IMG/VR virus record: IMGVR_UViG_3300048028_000412 | Origin: an uncultured virus (IMG/VR IMGVR_UViG_3300048028_000412) | Taxonomy: Duplodnaviria > Heunggongvirae > Uroviricota > Caudoviricetes | DNA length: 64,000 nucleotides | Strand: one strand, 5' to 3' | Part shown: piece by piece, positions 28,893-38,747 of the stretch | Layout of the letters: each line of letters begins with the position of its first letter | Numbering within the stretch: position 1 is the first letter of the stretch | Position numbers and translations under genes: made by a program | Notes under the pieces: model-generated | Database searches by the model: none | Seen by the model: the letters and a program-made list of their open reading frames with translations, nothing else | What the model was told of the DNA's origin: nothing

Positions 28893-31514
28893 TTAACCTT
28901 CTAATGAAGCTGTTGGTGGTGTGAAGTTTGCGGTATATCTACCTAAACCTTCAGTAAATCTTACATCTTGCATATATCCAGTTACTTCATTGTAGCCATT
29001 GCCTAGATTATTAGGTGATGGAGAACCTATAATCCACTCATTAAAACCGTCTATTGCAGGCGATTGTTGATAATTAGTTGCGGTTTGATCTAAATTCCCA
29101 TTTACAAAAAATCTAGTGGTTGAATATGGTGAACCTGTTACTCTTGATATTGCTAAATGATACCATTGACCTGTACTAAGCACTTGGCTACCACTCTGAA
29201 TAACTGAACCCCCAACCATCGCCGCTAACTTAGAGTTTCTTAATTCAAATGCTATTCTATTGGTTACATCAGCCGAAGATAACATATGAATAACACCGCT
29301 AACACTATTAAAATAACACCAAGCTTCAAAAGTATATTCCCCATTGCCAGGAATATCAACATCTCTTGCAGCATAAGCAATTACTTTATCGTGTAAACTA
29401 CCAGCAAAATACATTGACTTCGCACCAGTAAATTTAGTCGTGGTTGATCCAGTAGTAGTACCAAATAGCTTTAAGTTAGCGCCCTGAGACTTATCTATGA
29501 TCGAAGCGTCTGTACCTTTAATGTATAGTGCTGCGCCAGATGAGGATAGAGGAGAAGTAGGAACTGTAGATGACCCAGAAGGAGTACCAGAAACTACCTT
29601 TAAATCGGAGACATATCCATTGAGTGGGTATGCGGTACTCCAAGCAGAACCTAAGTCGCCTATGTAAAATGCACTGTTAGTTGGTGAATTAGAATTACTA
29701 ACACTTCCCAATAAAGTTCCATCAACAAAAAACTTTAACGTAGATCCATCCCATTGCAAATCTGTGTAGTACCATCTACCAGCGGAAACAGAAGTCGATG
29801 TGCCAAGATTAGCGCTTCCGATCTGAGCAAACCAATTGTTATTATCAATCGTTACACCAGTTCTTCCCGAATGCCCCGCTGTACCCTGACCCCATACAGC
29901 GCCATCGGTTGTATCATTCAAATAAACCCACGCCGTTACAGTAAAACTGGTTGATGGAATAATTTGAGTTGCAGTTGTGTTTAAACTATCCCCATCAAAA
30001 TACACAGATCCACCGTTATCTGTTGTTGAGTATTCATTGTAGTTGTATGGTGAGTATGGTTTCGTGGAGGTATTGCCGTTTATTGTGATAGAATGATCGT
30101 TAGTCGATCCATCGGCAATGTATGGCAAGTGGCAGGTAAGCAGCACAGTTCCACTAACAGCTGTCAAAGGTTCTGAAGGTGGCGTGAAATTATTATTTGA
30201 ATACTCGACATTTGTTGTAATTCTAAAGTCTCTAATATGACCATTCATTAAATATGAGGTATTAACATAGCCACCAATACTTATTGCGCTATTAATTGTT
30301 CTTGCTGTAGTATCACTAGCAAATTCAACCCCATCCAGATATGCTTTAAAGGTGTTGCCACTTCTTGTAATTGCAACGTGATACCACTTATTAGCTTCTA
30401 CTGCCGACGAAGCACCTAACTCTCCACCAGAGCTTGAATATAATCGAAACTGTCCTGATGTATGATTATAGAGTTCTAAAATAGTATTTGCAGAAGTTAA
30501 AGTTCCAAAGCTAAATATTCCAACATCTGTAGCTATTGCATTTAAGTTTACAAAAAATTGAATAGTAAAATCGCCTGATAAATTAATTGTAGGGGTTCTT
30601 AAATAATCCCCAGTACCATCAAAGTAAGTAGAATACCCTCCACTACGATACGGGCTAAACGTACCAGCATAAGCATCTCCAGTTACTGTAATGCTATGGT
30701 TATTTGAAGACGTATCAGCTATGTTATTGTTATCAGAAGTTCCAGTTGCTGTCGCTAACAAAGTTGTATACTTACTATTAGTAACTATAGTAATAAAATT
30801 CAATGTAAAGCTATTAGCGCTCGTTGCAGTATTAATTCCATCTGAAGCTGTAAATGTCAAACTAAATGTACCAGCATAAGCTTCGGTAGTAGAGGGCGTA
30901 ACTGTAAACTTGTTAGTATTAGACCCTGTACCTTGTACAACAGTTGCAGTTGTACCTCCACCATTGCTTAGAGAACCGCTAGTAACAGAATAGGTATAAG
31001 TTAATGGTACATCTTCTGGATCAGTTGCAGTAATTGTTATAACACTAGCTGATCCATCAGTTGATAAGGTAAATGGTGTAGTATTAGAACTAGCATCTGC
31101 TACACTTGTAATATTAGGGTTAGTATTTACTAACGATATAGAATACCAGCCTGTTCCATTAAAAATATAAAACCGATTTACTGCAGTCACATAAGCTTGA
31201 TCTCCAGCTGTATTTCCAGTCAATGGTAGATTATCAATTGTAGCATATATTGATACAGAAGACCCATCACTGCCGGCAGCACCGGTAGGGCCTTTTAGGC
31301 CAACTGGATTACTCAATACCCATTGAGAAGATGATCCGTCATTATAATAAACATATGTTCTAAGAACCGTTGAATCAAACCACAAATCACCCGCACTGGG
31401 CCCAGACGGCGCTGTATCTGATACAGTGATAGAGCCACCTCCCCCAGTAGCTCCTGCCGCTAAACCCTTGGTGACTCTTTTTGCTTTTACTTGAGAATAT
31501 CTATTGTTTGCCAT
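28893..31514 (-). CDS. Virion adhesin with three LamG-like domains
   Basis: Same scaffold as 98-2650 and 23977-26493; DTAPS..GDLWFDS module. Confidence 0.8.
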   Translation of the reverse strand: MANNRYSQVKAKRVTKGLAAGATGGGGSITVSDTAPSGPSAGDLWFDSTVLRTYVYYNDGSSSQWVLSNPVGLKGPTGAAGSDGSSVSIYATIDNLPLTGNTAGDQAYVTAVNRFYIFNGTGWYSISLVNTNPNITSVADASSNTTPFTLSTDGSASVITITATDPEDVPLTYTYSVTSGSLSNGGGTTATVVQGTGSNTNKFTVTPSTTEAYAGTFSLTFTASDGINTATSANSFTLNFITIVTNSKYTTLLATATGTSDNNNIADTSSNNHSITVTGDAYAGTFSPYRSGGYSTYFDGTGDYLRTPTINLSGDFTIQFFVNLNAIATDVGIFSFGTLTSANTILELYNHTSGQFRLYSSSGGELGASSAVEANKWYHVAITRSGNTFKAYLDGVEFASDTTARTINSAISIGGYVNTSYLMNGHIRDFRITTNVEYSNNNFTPPSEPLTAVSGTVLLTCHLPYIADGSTNDHSITINGNTSTKPYSPYNYNEYSTTDNGGSVYFDGDSLNTTATQIIPSTSFTVTAWVYLNDTTDGAVWGQGTAGHSGRTGVTIDNNNWFAQIGSANLGTSTSVSAGRWYYTDLQWDGSTLKFFVDGTLLGSVSNSNSPTNSAFYIGDLGSAWSTAYPLNGYVSDLKVVSGTPSGSSTVPTSPLSSSGAALYIKGTDASIIDKSQGANLKLFGTTTGSTTTKFTGAKSMYFAGSLHDKVIAYAARDVDIPGNGEYTFEAWCYFNSVSGVIHMLSSADVTNRIAFELRNSKLAAMVGGSVIQSGSQVLSTGQWYHLAISRVTGSPYSTTRFFVNGNLDQTATNYQQSPAIDGFNEWIIGSPSPNNLGNGYNEVTGYMQDVRFTEGLGRYTANFTPPTASLEG

Positions 31515-31515
31515 A

Positions 31516-34005
31516 TTAGTTCTCTATCAATACCCATCCGTTAGTTGCATTATAATAAACAAACCCTATTCCTGCTCTATCAAAGTCAATAATAAAGTCA
31601 GAATCACCTGCTTGTATTTTACTGCCATTCCTTGCTACAGTAATATTATTTGTACCAGCGTTACCTTCACCGTCAATAATTCTTATTTCATCTCCCATTG
31701 ATGGTCCAGCTGGTAACGTTACTTGAACGGTGCCAGTTGAAACGTCGATGAATAATTTATCACCAGCCGATGCATTAACATTTGTACTCGAAGCATTCCA
31801 CACACTAGATTGTAGCATATGATATGAAGCAACATTAATATAATCTGCAGAATCAGCTGCAGATGCCAATACAATAGAGCTACCATTCGTTGCTGTATAA
31901 TCCGCATCATCTAATAAGATACCGTTTAAAAATACCTGAGTATTACCAGCGCTATAATCTAAATTTGTTCCATTTTCATCAGACCCAGTAAAAGTGGTTT
32001 GACCTGAGTCAGCAATGAAGCTAAACGTATTTATACCACCTGCAGAAACCTTACCTCCACTAAAGGACGTAACCGCAAGTTCGTTTCCTGAATCTGCGCC
32101 TGTATTAAGAACTACACTAGTGCCATTTGAAGCTGTATAGTCAACTGTTTCTTTTAGCATAAAGCCGTTAAGATGTATTAATACATTACCAGGAGAATAG
32201 CTTAATGTGGTCCCGTTGACGTCAGCGCCAGTAAATGTAGTCTGTCCTGCGGTCGCAGTGTAGTTAAATTTATTAATATTAAGAGCCGCAGTAAACGCAG
32301 TTCTTGCAGATACATAATCACTGTCGACAGTATTAGCAATGAGAGAAATAGTTTGAGCAGAATCGACTGTACCAGATCCTCCTCCACCGCCAGAGTTAGC
32401 TTCTCTTAATGCGACATATGCAGAATCAACCGTAGTTGTAATAAGAGCAATAGTTGCAGCAGAATCTACACCACCTGCCGTAATATCAGATGTAAGCGCT
32501 AATGTGCCAGAAGTAGTTGGAAGAGTAATATCAACATTGCCTGAGTAAGCTGAATGAGCGGCTGACTTAAGTCTAGTTCTATGCGCATTAGAGGTTTCAC
32601 AGTAGAAATCTGCATAGGCTACACTTCCCGTGCCGGAGCGAATAGTTATGCCGCCGTCAGCTATGGTTACACCGCCTGTTGATCCATTTCCATCAATAGT
32701 AAGAGCTGAATCATCTAAAATTCCAGCTAGGAAGCTATGATTAACTTTTACTGTAACATCTGAATCAGATCTAGGCGTTGTATAATAAAGATTAGTAGAA
32801 CCTTCTGAAAGGGCGTCTGTTGTATGATTTGAAATACTAGAAACCGTACCAGTTACATTTCCAGTAACATTGCCGGTCAATGTTCCAACATTAAGATTTG
32901 CAAGAGTAAATCCTGTACCTGATCTATTTACAACGTTAGGAGGTAAAGAAGAATCAAAGGCCGAATCAATTAGCCCATTAAAAATATAAAATTCACTATT
33001 CGTGGCATCTCTAAAGAAACCGGTATGTTCCCTGGTGGCGCCATTATCAGGTGAATAATGGCCTATAAATCCAATATCTACTACATCAGATTGCTCATTA
33101 CTATCTGCAAGATGTAATAGCGGATCAACTACTGTATATACTACAGAGTTAACACTAGTAGTTGTGCCATTAACAGTTAAATTGTTAGCAGTAACATTAG
33201 AGAATGTAACGGAATCAGTGGTACCAACGGCTTGACCAATAGCTATCTCGCCAGAAGCAATAGTAACTCCGGTTCCAGCCGTAAAATGTGCCCTTGCTTC
33301 CGCCGCGCTGGGGCCTGTATACGTTAAAACTCCTGTAGAGTTATTATAAGCTAGTGATCCATCTCCACCAGCATCAGTTACAGAAATAAGTTTTCGTGCT
33401 TCTGCCGAATCTACAAAATCGGTGCCGAGGGTAGGTAGTGTAGGCGTGTTAGTAAAGTTATTATAGTCTAGATGATAGGCGCTGTTATTACCACCTAGCG
33501 TATCTGCATCAATAGTTAAAGCATTAATATATGCCGCATTGACTGTAGATGTAATTTGTCCTTGAACTGCTGTAGAGTCATGTGTGTCTGCAGCAGCAAT
33601 AAGTAGATTAACTTGAGCCGAATCAACAAAATCTGTTCCTAGTGTAGGAATAGTAGGAGTGTTCGTAAAGTTAGCGTAGTTTAAAAGATATCCCGTGGTC
33701 AATCCACCAACGGTATCGGCGTCAATGGTTAAAGCATTAATGAATGCAGCATCAACGTCGGTAGAGATAACGTTAGAAATAAATGCAGAATCTCTGAAGA
33801 TATCAGCTTGTCTTGCCTGAATGTAAGCTGAATCAATTAGACCGACAATTGAGGCTGAATCAGTTCCAGTAACCTCTATACCACCTACAGTAGATCCGTC
33901 ACCTACATATAGCTTGTTTGTATCGCTGGTAAAGACTGGTTCTCCGACCACTGGTGTGATCGTGAGTCTATCTGAATCAGTACCTCTTCTAAACTGTAAT
34001 GGCAT
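31516..34005 (-). CDS. Tail fibre / branching protein with Mtd_N-like N-terminus
   Basis: LQFRRGT..GEP..DT.KLYVGDG.T.GG; about 21 DS dipeptides; C-terminal NNITVARNGSKI..NGWV. Confidence 0.75.
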   Translation of the reverse strand: MPLQFRRGTDSDRLTITPVVGEPVFTSDTNKLYVGDGSTVGGIEVTGTDSASIVGLIDSAYIQARQADIFRDSAFISNVISTDVDAAFINALTIDADTVGGLTTGYLLNYANFTNTPTIPTLGTDFVDSAQVNLLIAAADTHDSTAVQGQITSTVNAAYINALTIDADTLGGNNSAYHLDYNNFTNTPTLPTLGTDFVDSAEARKLISVTDAGGDGSLAYNNSTGVLTYTGPSAAEARAHFTAGTGVTIASGEIAIGQAVGTTDSVTFSNVTANNLTVNGTTTSVNSVVYTVVDPLLHLADSNEQSDVVDIGFIGHYSPDNGATREHTGFFRDATNSEFYIFNGLIDSAFDSSLPPNVVNRSGTGFTLANLNVGTLTGNVTGNVTGTVSSISNHTTDALSEGSTNLYYTTPRSDSDVTVKVNHSFLAGILDDSALTIDGNGSTGGVTIADGGITIRSGTGSVAYADFYCETSNAHRTRLKSAAHSAYSGNVDITLPTTSGTLALTSDITAGGVDSAATIALITTTVDSAYVALREANSGGGGGSGTVDSAQTISLIANTVDSDYVSARTAFTAALNINKFNYTATAGQTTFTGADVNGTTLSYSPGNVLIHLNGFMLKETVDYTASNGTSVVLNTGADSGNELAVTSFSGGKVSAGGINTFSFIADSGQTTFTGSDENGTNLDYSAGNTQVFLNGILLDDADYTATNGSSIVLASAADSADYINVASYHMLQSSVWNASSTNVNASAGDKLFIDVSTGTVQVTLPAGPSMGDEIRIIDGEGNAGTNNITVARNGSKIQAGDSDFIIDFDRAGIGFVYYNATNGWVLIEN

Positions 34006-34030
34006 TTATTACCTCAATAAATTCTGCTTA

Positions 34031-34038
34031 TATTTATA
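34031..34038 (-). promoter_or_regulatory. T4-type late promoter
   Basis: TATAAATA in intergenic gap. Confidence 0.8.
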
Positions 34039-34041
34039 AGT

Positions 34042-34869
34042 CTATATGGCGCCCATATCTAATGTAAATCCTACAGGACTCAATATTGTCCCAAAATCAA
34101 AAACTTGATTAGCTGTAGAAGCAATCGTTACTCTCTTATTATTAACATCTGTTGTGATATCAATTCCTGTACCGCCAGCAAATGTAACTGTATCACCACC
34201 TGTGGTAGCATCTACTGATAAGTCACCAACTACTGCTACTGTACCGAAGTTATTAACAAAGTCTCCTGATCTAATTGCAACGTAAGCCGAGTCAACAATA
34301 GTAGCAACATAATTTTCTTTAATTAAATTTTGTACAAAGGCGCTATCAACAATTCCCGCTACTTCATTTGAATCAACTGGGCCTACTGTATTAGCAGCAA
34401 TTCCACCAATAAATGCTGAGTCAGGAATAATAGGAGCGTTAGTAAAGTTATTATAGTTAAGATAATATGTACCATCTTGCCCATCTAATGTTCCGGCATT
34501 AACATCTAATAAATTTACAAATGATTGATCGACATGGCTATCAATTATACTATTAATAGCGGCAGAATCTAATCCCACCGAGCCCCTATTTACAAATGTA
34601 AGGGTGCCAGAACCATTAGTAGTTAAAACCTGGTTAGCGGCGCCATCTGTAGCGGGAAGTGAATAGTTGCCGACAGTGAGATTATCTGTCGTAAGGGTAT
34701 TAAAATGAGCTGAATCATTACTCTGAAAATGCTGTACCGTATTACCAGATGTCTTATAGTACAAGCGGCCATCAGCATAGTTGATAGCTACTTCGCCGTA
34801 CTCGAGGTCCGTATTAAGAGGTATGCGTCCAGCAACACTGGACTTTTTCAGTTTAATGTTAGTCGACAT
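34042..34869 (-). CDS. Short fibre/connector protein
   Basis: IKLKKSS..GEVAINYADGRLYYK; LP.TDG.ANQVLTTNGSG. Confidence 0.7.
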   Translation of the reverse strand: MSTNIKLKKSSVAGRIPLNTDLEYGEVAINYADGRLYYKTSGNTVQHFQSNDSAHFNTLTTDNLTVGNYSLPATDGAANQVLTTNGSGTLTFVNRGSVGLDSAAINSIIDSHVDQSFVNLLDVNAGTLDGQDGTYYLNYNNFTNAPIIPDSAFIGGIAANTVGPVDSNEVAGIVDSAFVQNLIKENYVATIVDSAYVAIRSGDFVNNFGTVAVVGDLSVDATTGGDTVTFAGGTGIDITTDVNNKRVTIASTANQVFDFGTILSPVGFTLDMGAI

Positions 34870-34897
34870 TTTAATCCCTAAAAAGGAGTTTATTTAA

Positions 34898-34925
34898 AGT
34901 CGGACAACTAAAAAGCTATCCGACT
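34898..34925 (-). terminator. Stem-loop, probable terminator
   Basis: Minus strand AGTCGGATAGCT-TTTT-AGTTGTCCGACT then TTAAAT. Confidence 0.6.
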
Positions 34926-34942
34926 ATATTAATATTATATAT

Positions 34943-37900
34943 CTAGTAAGTACCACCATCAATTGTAGAAAGTGCTACGTCACCATTAGTAAGTGTAAAC
35001 TGTCTTGTACCTTCACCTGCACTATCAGCGTATGCACCAAAGCTTGCTACACCTTTAGATGTTCTTGTAGCATTTCTACCAGTAACAGTAATAGTAGAAC
35101 CCGAACCCGAGGTACTAATACCTTGAGGCCAGTCACCTACAATATTAAGTGTTTCACCTAGTGTTTGTTGTAAACTGGTACCTGCACCAGGAGCTCCTGT
35201 ACCCGTGCTACCAGTTCCGAAAGTAATATCATTTGAAGTTACTACACCAGTATTAACTGTAAAGTTAGTAGAATTAAAGCTAGCTGCACCCTTTTGGCTG
35301 GCAGATGCTATAGCAGCGCTAATAGTTAATGCAGTACCGGTCGCCGCAGTAGTAATAGTGTTATGAGTGGTTTCCCCTTGGATAGTAAACGTTTCGCCAA
35401 GAGTTGCAGCCGCTGTACCGGTTTGCCCGGAAAGCGTAATATCATCTGCACTAATAATACCAGAAGAAGAACTAAAATGTGTGGCATTAAAGGTTGCAAT
35501 ACCTTTTGTAGAACCATCAGCAGCAGCGTCCGTGCCGGCAACTGTAATAATACCACTGCCTGGAGTGATACTAATACCAGTACCAGCTGTTAAGATATCT
35601 TCCATGTCTGAATCGACACGAGCAGTTGTATAATAAAGGTTAGAGAGACCTTCGCTTAAGCTATCAGTAGTTCTTTGAGCAAACTGAGTATTAAAGTTAT
35701 CACTCGGACCAACAATGGTATCAGCTGTGATAGTGCCTACTCTAAGATCTGCAAATTGATATGAAGCAGCTGATACGTTAATTTCTGTATCAGGGTCTGT
35801 AGAATCTAAGCCTGGTTGATCTAAATTATCAAAGAGCTGATAAGTTCCGCTAGTGGCGTCTCTTACAAGACCAGTGTGTCTTTTTGTGCTACCGCCATCA
35901 TCTGAATAATGACCTAAGAAACCAATATCAATTGTGTCTGATGTCTCGTTGCCATTAGCAAGTTGGATCATAGCATCGCTAACAGCTAATGTAGTTGTAT
36001 TGATTACCGTGTTAGTACCATGTACTGTTAAGTCACCATCAATAATAACATTACTGGTAAAGTTAGCACCTGAGAATGTTACAGAGTCAGTAGTACCTAC
36101 TGCTTGTCCAATTGCAAAGGTACCAGTACCTGATGTATATGTTACACCAGTTCCAGCGGCAAAATGAGCTCTTACTTCAGCCGGGCTAGGTCCCGTGTAG
36201 GTAATAGCGCCAGTTGAGTTGTTATAAGCTAAAGATCCATCACCACCTGCATCAGTAACAGAAATAGCTTGTCTGGCCGGAGATGTAACTCTTGCATTTG
36301 TAAAGTAAAGATTAGTCGAGCCTTCAGCTACGCTGTCGGTATCGAAATCAATACTTCCGCCTAGTGATATTGTATTGCCTAAAATCTCAATAGTTGAGTT
36401 AGCTAATTCAGCATTACTAATTTCGTTATTAGCAAATGTAACAGAATGGCCAGTAAGATCTAATGTAGTAGCAAGTTCACTATCGGAAATACCACCAGTC
36501 TTAACTGCGACATGACCAGATGCGACTTCAAAGTTATCAGTACTAAATGATGCCGTACCAAGATTAGAACTTGTTGCCTCTTCAGTAGCAATTGTAACAG
36601 TACCAGAAGTTACAGAAGTTGTAATACCTTCTCCACCGGCAATGTCAATTGTTCCACCAAGCGATATAGGCGTTGTATTAGCATCATCACCAGTAAATGT
36701 TGTAGTTGAATTTACAAGCTTGCTGTTTACAATTGCCCCTGCTAACTGAGTATTTGAAACACCGCCGGCGGCAATAGTAACTGCGCCTGAAGATACCGCA
36801 AAATCAGCTGCAGCAAAACTAGCAATACCTTTTGCACTGGTGCTAGCATCTGTTCCAGATATTGTAATAGTATTATTTGAAACTGCTGTAGCAATACCTG
36901 TACCACCAGTAAAAGTGAGTTCAGAATCTAGTAGGTTAACATTATCATCGGTACCAGTATCAGCTTTAATTGTAAGATCAGTAGAAATAGAAGCTGTTGT
37001 AGCATTAGTAACTCTACCTTGAGCATCAATAGTAAGTACGGGAATTAACGCTGCAGTACCATATGTACCAGCTGTCACAGCGGTATTGTCTAGGTCAAAT
37101 GTTACCTCGTCAGTGCCTACTGTAGAGGTTAGCCCAGTTCCGCCTGTAAATGTTAATGTGTCTGATAACAAGTCCACGGCATTGTTGTTAGTACCATCAG
37201 TGATATCTAACGTAGTAGCAATATTAACTGTACTTGCTGCTGTTAAGCGGCCGAAAGTATCTACTGTGAATGTAGGAATTGCCGTAGTTGAACCATATGA
37301 TCCAGCTGATACCGCAGTTGCATCTAAGGCATAAGATACTGTATTATTACTAATAGTAGCTGTTACATGACCTGCAGCGCCTGTAAAGTTTAGAGCAGAG
37401 TCAAGAAGATTTACTGTATCACTGTCAGCAGTATCGCCACGAATAGTGAGATCAGTTGAAATATTAAGTGTACCAGCAGCAGTTAAGCGACCTTGTTGAT
37501 CTACAGTAAACGTTGGAATAGCAGAAGCAGAGCCATAAGAACCTGGAGTTACTGCTGTGTTAGATAGAGTTACAATTAATTCATCAGCAGCATGAGAGGT
37601 TTCGATACCTGTGCCACCAGATAAGGTAAGAGTGTCTCCTAAGTCAACTGCCGTACCAGTACCTGCATCAGAAGCAATACCAATAGTACTATTATCAAGT
37701 TGACTGTTGCCAATTGAGTTAATAGTAACTTCACCAGTACCTGATACGTCAAAGTCAGCTGATGCAAACGATGCAACACCAACCGCTGAAGTTGTAGCTA
37801 AGTCACCGCTAATAGTTACTGTATTGTTAGTAACAGTAGTTGAAATACCGCTTGTACCCAAGAAGCTAAGATCAGAATCAGCGATATTAACTACATCAGT

Positions 37901-38383
37901 ACCAGTATCACCCGCAATGTCAATAGTCTTGGCACCAGCAATAAAGTCAACATATTCTTTTGTGGTAAGAGAGTTTGTGCCAAAGCCTGATCTATCTTTA
38001 TATCCAGCTGGAACGTTAACTGCGCCTGTACCGTTGGGGGTTAGGGTAAGAGCAGTGTCAGCAGCTGTAATGGAGATAGTTGATCCGTCAATGTCAATAT
38101 TATCAACTTTTAAGTTATCTATTTTACTGTTAGCGTCAACTAAAAGTGCACTCGAGGCTGTAAGTACACCTAAAGCATGATCTAGTTTATCAGTAAAATA
38201 TGAACCGCCAATAACTTCAATATTGGCTGCTACACCTGCCGTTTCAGTTCCTGTGCCGATATATAGTCTATCACCACCGGATACAACTGAATGGTCAGCA
38301 TAGCTGTATGCCATTTCTCCGTTTCGTAAAGCCGATGGGGCGCCACTAGTACCCGATCTTTTTATCTTAATTATAGATGCCAT
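34943..38383 (-). CDS. Long tail fibre
   Basis: IKIKRSG..GEMAYSY N-terminus; V..GSYG....IP.FTVD..GR.T and GVASF...DF.V repeats; ends IDGGTY. Confidence 0.8.
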   Translation of the reverse strand: MASIIKIKRSGTSGAPSALRNGEMAYSYADHSVVSGGDRLYIGTGTETAGVAANIEVIGGSYFTDKLDHALGVLTASSALLVDANSKIDNLKVDNIDIDGSTISITAADTALTLTPNGTGAVNVPAGYKDRSGFGTNSLTTKEYVDFIAGAKTIDIAGDTGTDVVNIADSDLSFLGTSGISTTVTNNTVTISGDLATTSAVGVASFASADFDVSGTGEVTINSIGNSQLDNSTIGIASDAGTGTAVDLGDTLTLSGGTGIETSHAADELIVTLSNTAVTPGSYGSASAIPTFTVDQQGRLTAAGTLNISTDLTIRGDTADSDTVNLLDSALNFTGAAGHVTATISNNTVSYALDATAVSAGSYGSTTAIPTFTVDTFGRLTAASTVNIATTLDITDGTNNNAVDLLSDTLTFTGGTGLTSTVGTDEVTFDLDNTAVTAGTYGTAALIPVLTIDAQGRVTNATTASISTDLTIKADTGTDDNVNLLDSELTFTGGTGIATAVSNNTITISGTDASTSAKGIASFAAADFAVSSGAVTIAAGGVSNTQLAGAIVNSKLVNSTTTFTGDDANTTPISLGGTIDIAGGEGITTSVTSGTVTIATEEATSSNLGTASFSTDNFEVASGHVAVKTGGISDSELATTLDLTGHSVTFANNEISNAELANSTIEILGNTISLGGSIDFDTDSVAEGSTNLYFTNARVTSPARQAISVTDAGGDGSLAYNNSTGAITYTGPSPAEVRAHFAAGTGVTYTSGTGTFAIGQAVGTTDSVTFSGANFTSNVIIDGDLTVHGTNTVINTTTLAVSDAMIQLANGNETSDTIDIGFLGHYSDDGGSTKRHTGLVRDATSGTYQLFDNLDQPGLDSTDPDTEINVSAASYQFADLRVGTITADTIVGPSDNFNTQFAQRTTDSLSEGLSNLYYTTARVDSDMEDILTAGTGISITPGSGIITVAGTDAAADGSTKGIATFNATHFSSSSGIISADDITLSGQTGTAAATLGETFTIQGETTHNTITTAATGTALTISAAIASASQKGAASFNSTNFTVNTGVVTSNDITFGTGSTGTGAPGAGTSLQQTLGETLNIVGDWPQGISTSGSGSTITVTGRNATRTSKGVASFGAYADSAGEGTRQFTLTNGDVALSTIDGGTY

Positions 38384-38691
38384 TAATAAAAGCCCCCGTC
38401 TTGACTTATTTCTACATTACCCAGTTCATTTCCTGCTGCCCATTTGTCACTCGCCGAATCATAGATAATTAATGAACCATCTGCTAAACTTGTAAAGTCT
38501 ACATTTAAATTTTCAAACCTAACCTTACCAAAGGATAGGTTCCCTGCGCCATCTGTTATCATTACAGATCCCGCTGAGTCTGCGTCTACAGTCGGATAAC
38601 TTAACTCTCCAACTTGCAGCGAACCGCGAAATACTGCAGAGTCCGTGACATCTAAACCGGTTTTTATGACAAACTTTTGTTTAATCGCCAT
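38383..38691 (-). CDS. Small fibre connector protein
   Basis: YP..D...G.V.ITDG.GNLSF; ends DGGFY. Confidence 0.6.
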   Translation of the reverse strand: MAIKQKFVIKTGLDVTDSAVFRGSLQVGELSYPTVDADSAGSVMITDGAGNLSFGKVRFENLNVDFTSLADGSLIIYDSASDKWAAGNELGNVEISQDGGFY

Positions 38692-38728
38692 ATGCTTAGA
38701 GACTCCTATTCATGACAAATATTACCTT

Positions 38729-38736
38729 TATTTATA
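38729..38736 (-). promoter_or_regulatory. T4-type late promoter
   Basis: TATAAATA in intergenic gap. Confidence 0.8.
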
Positions 38737-38747
38737 TGTTTTTTCTT

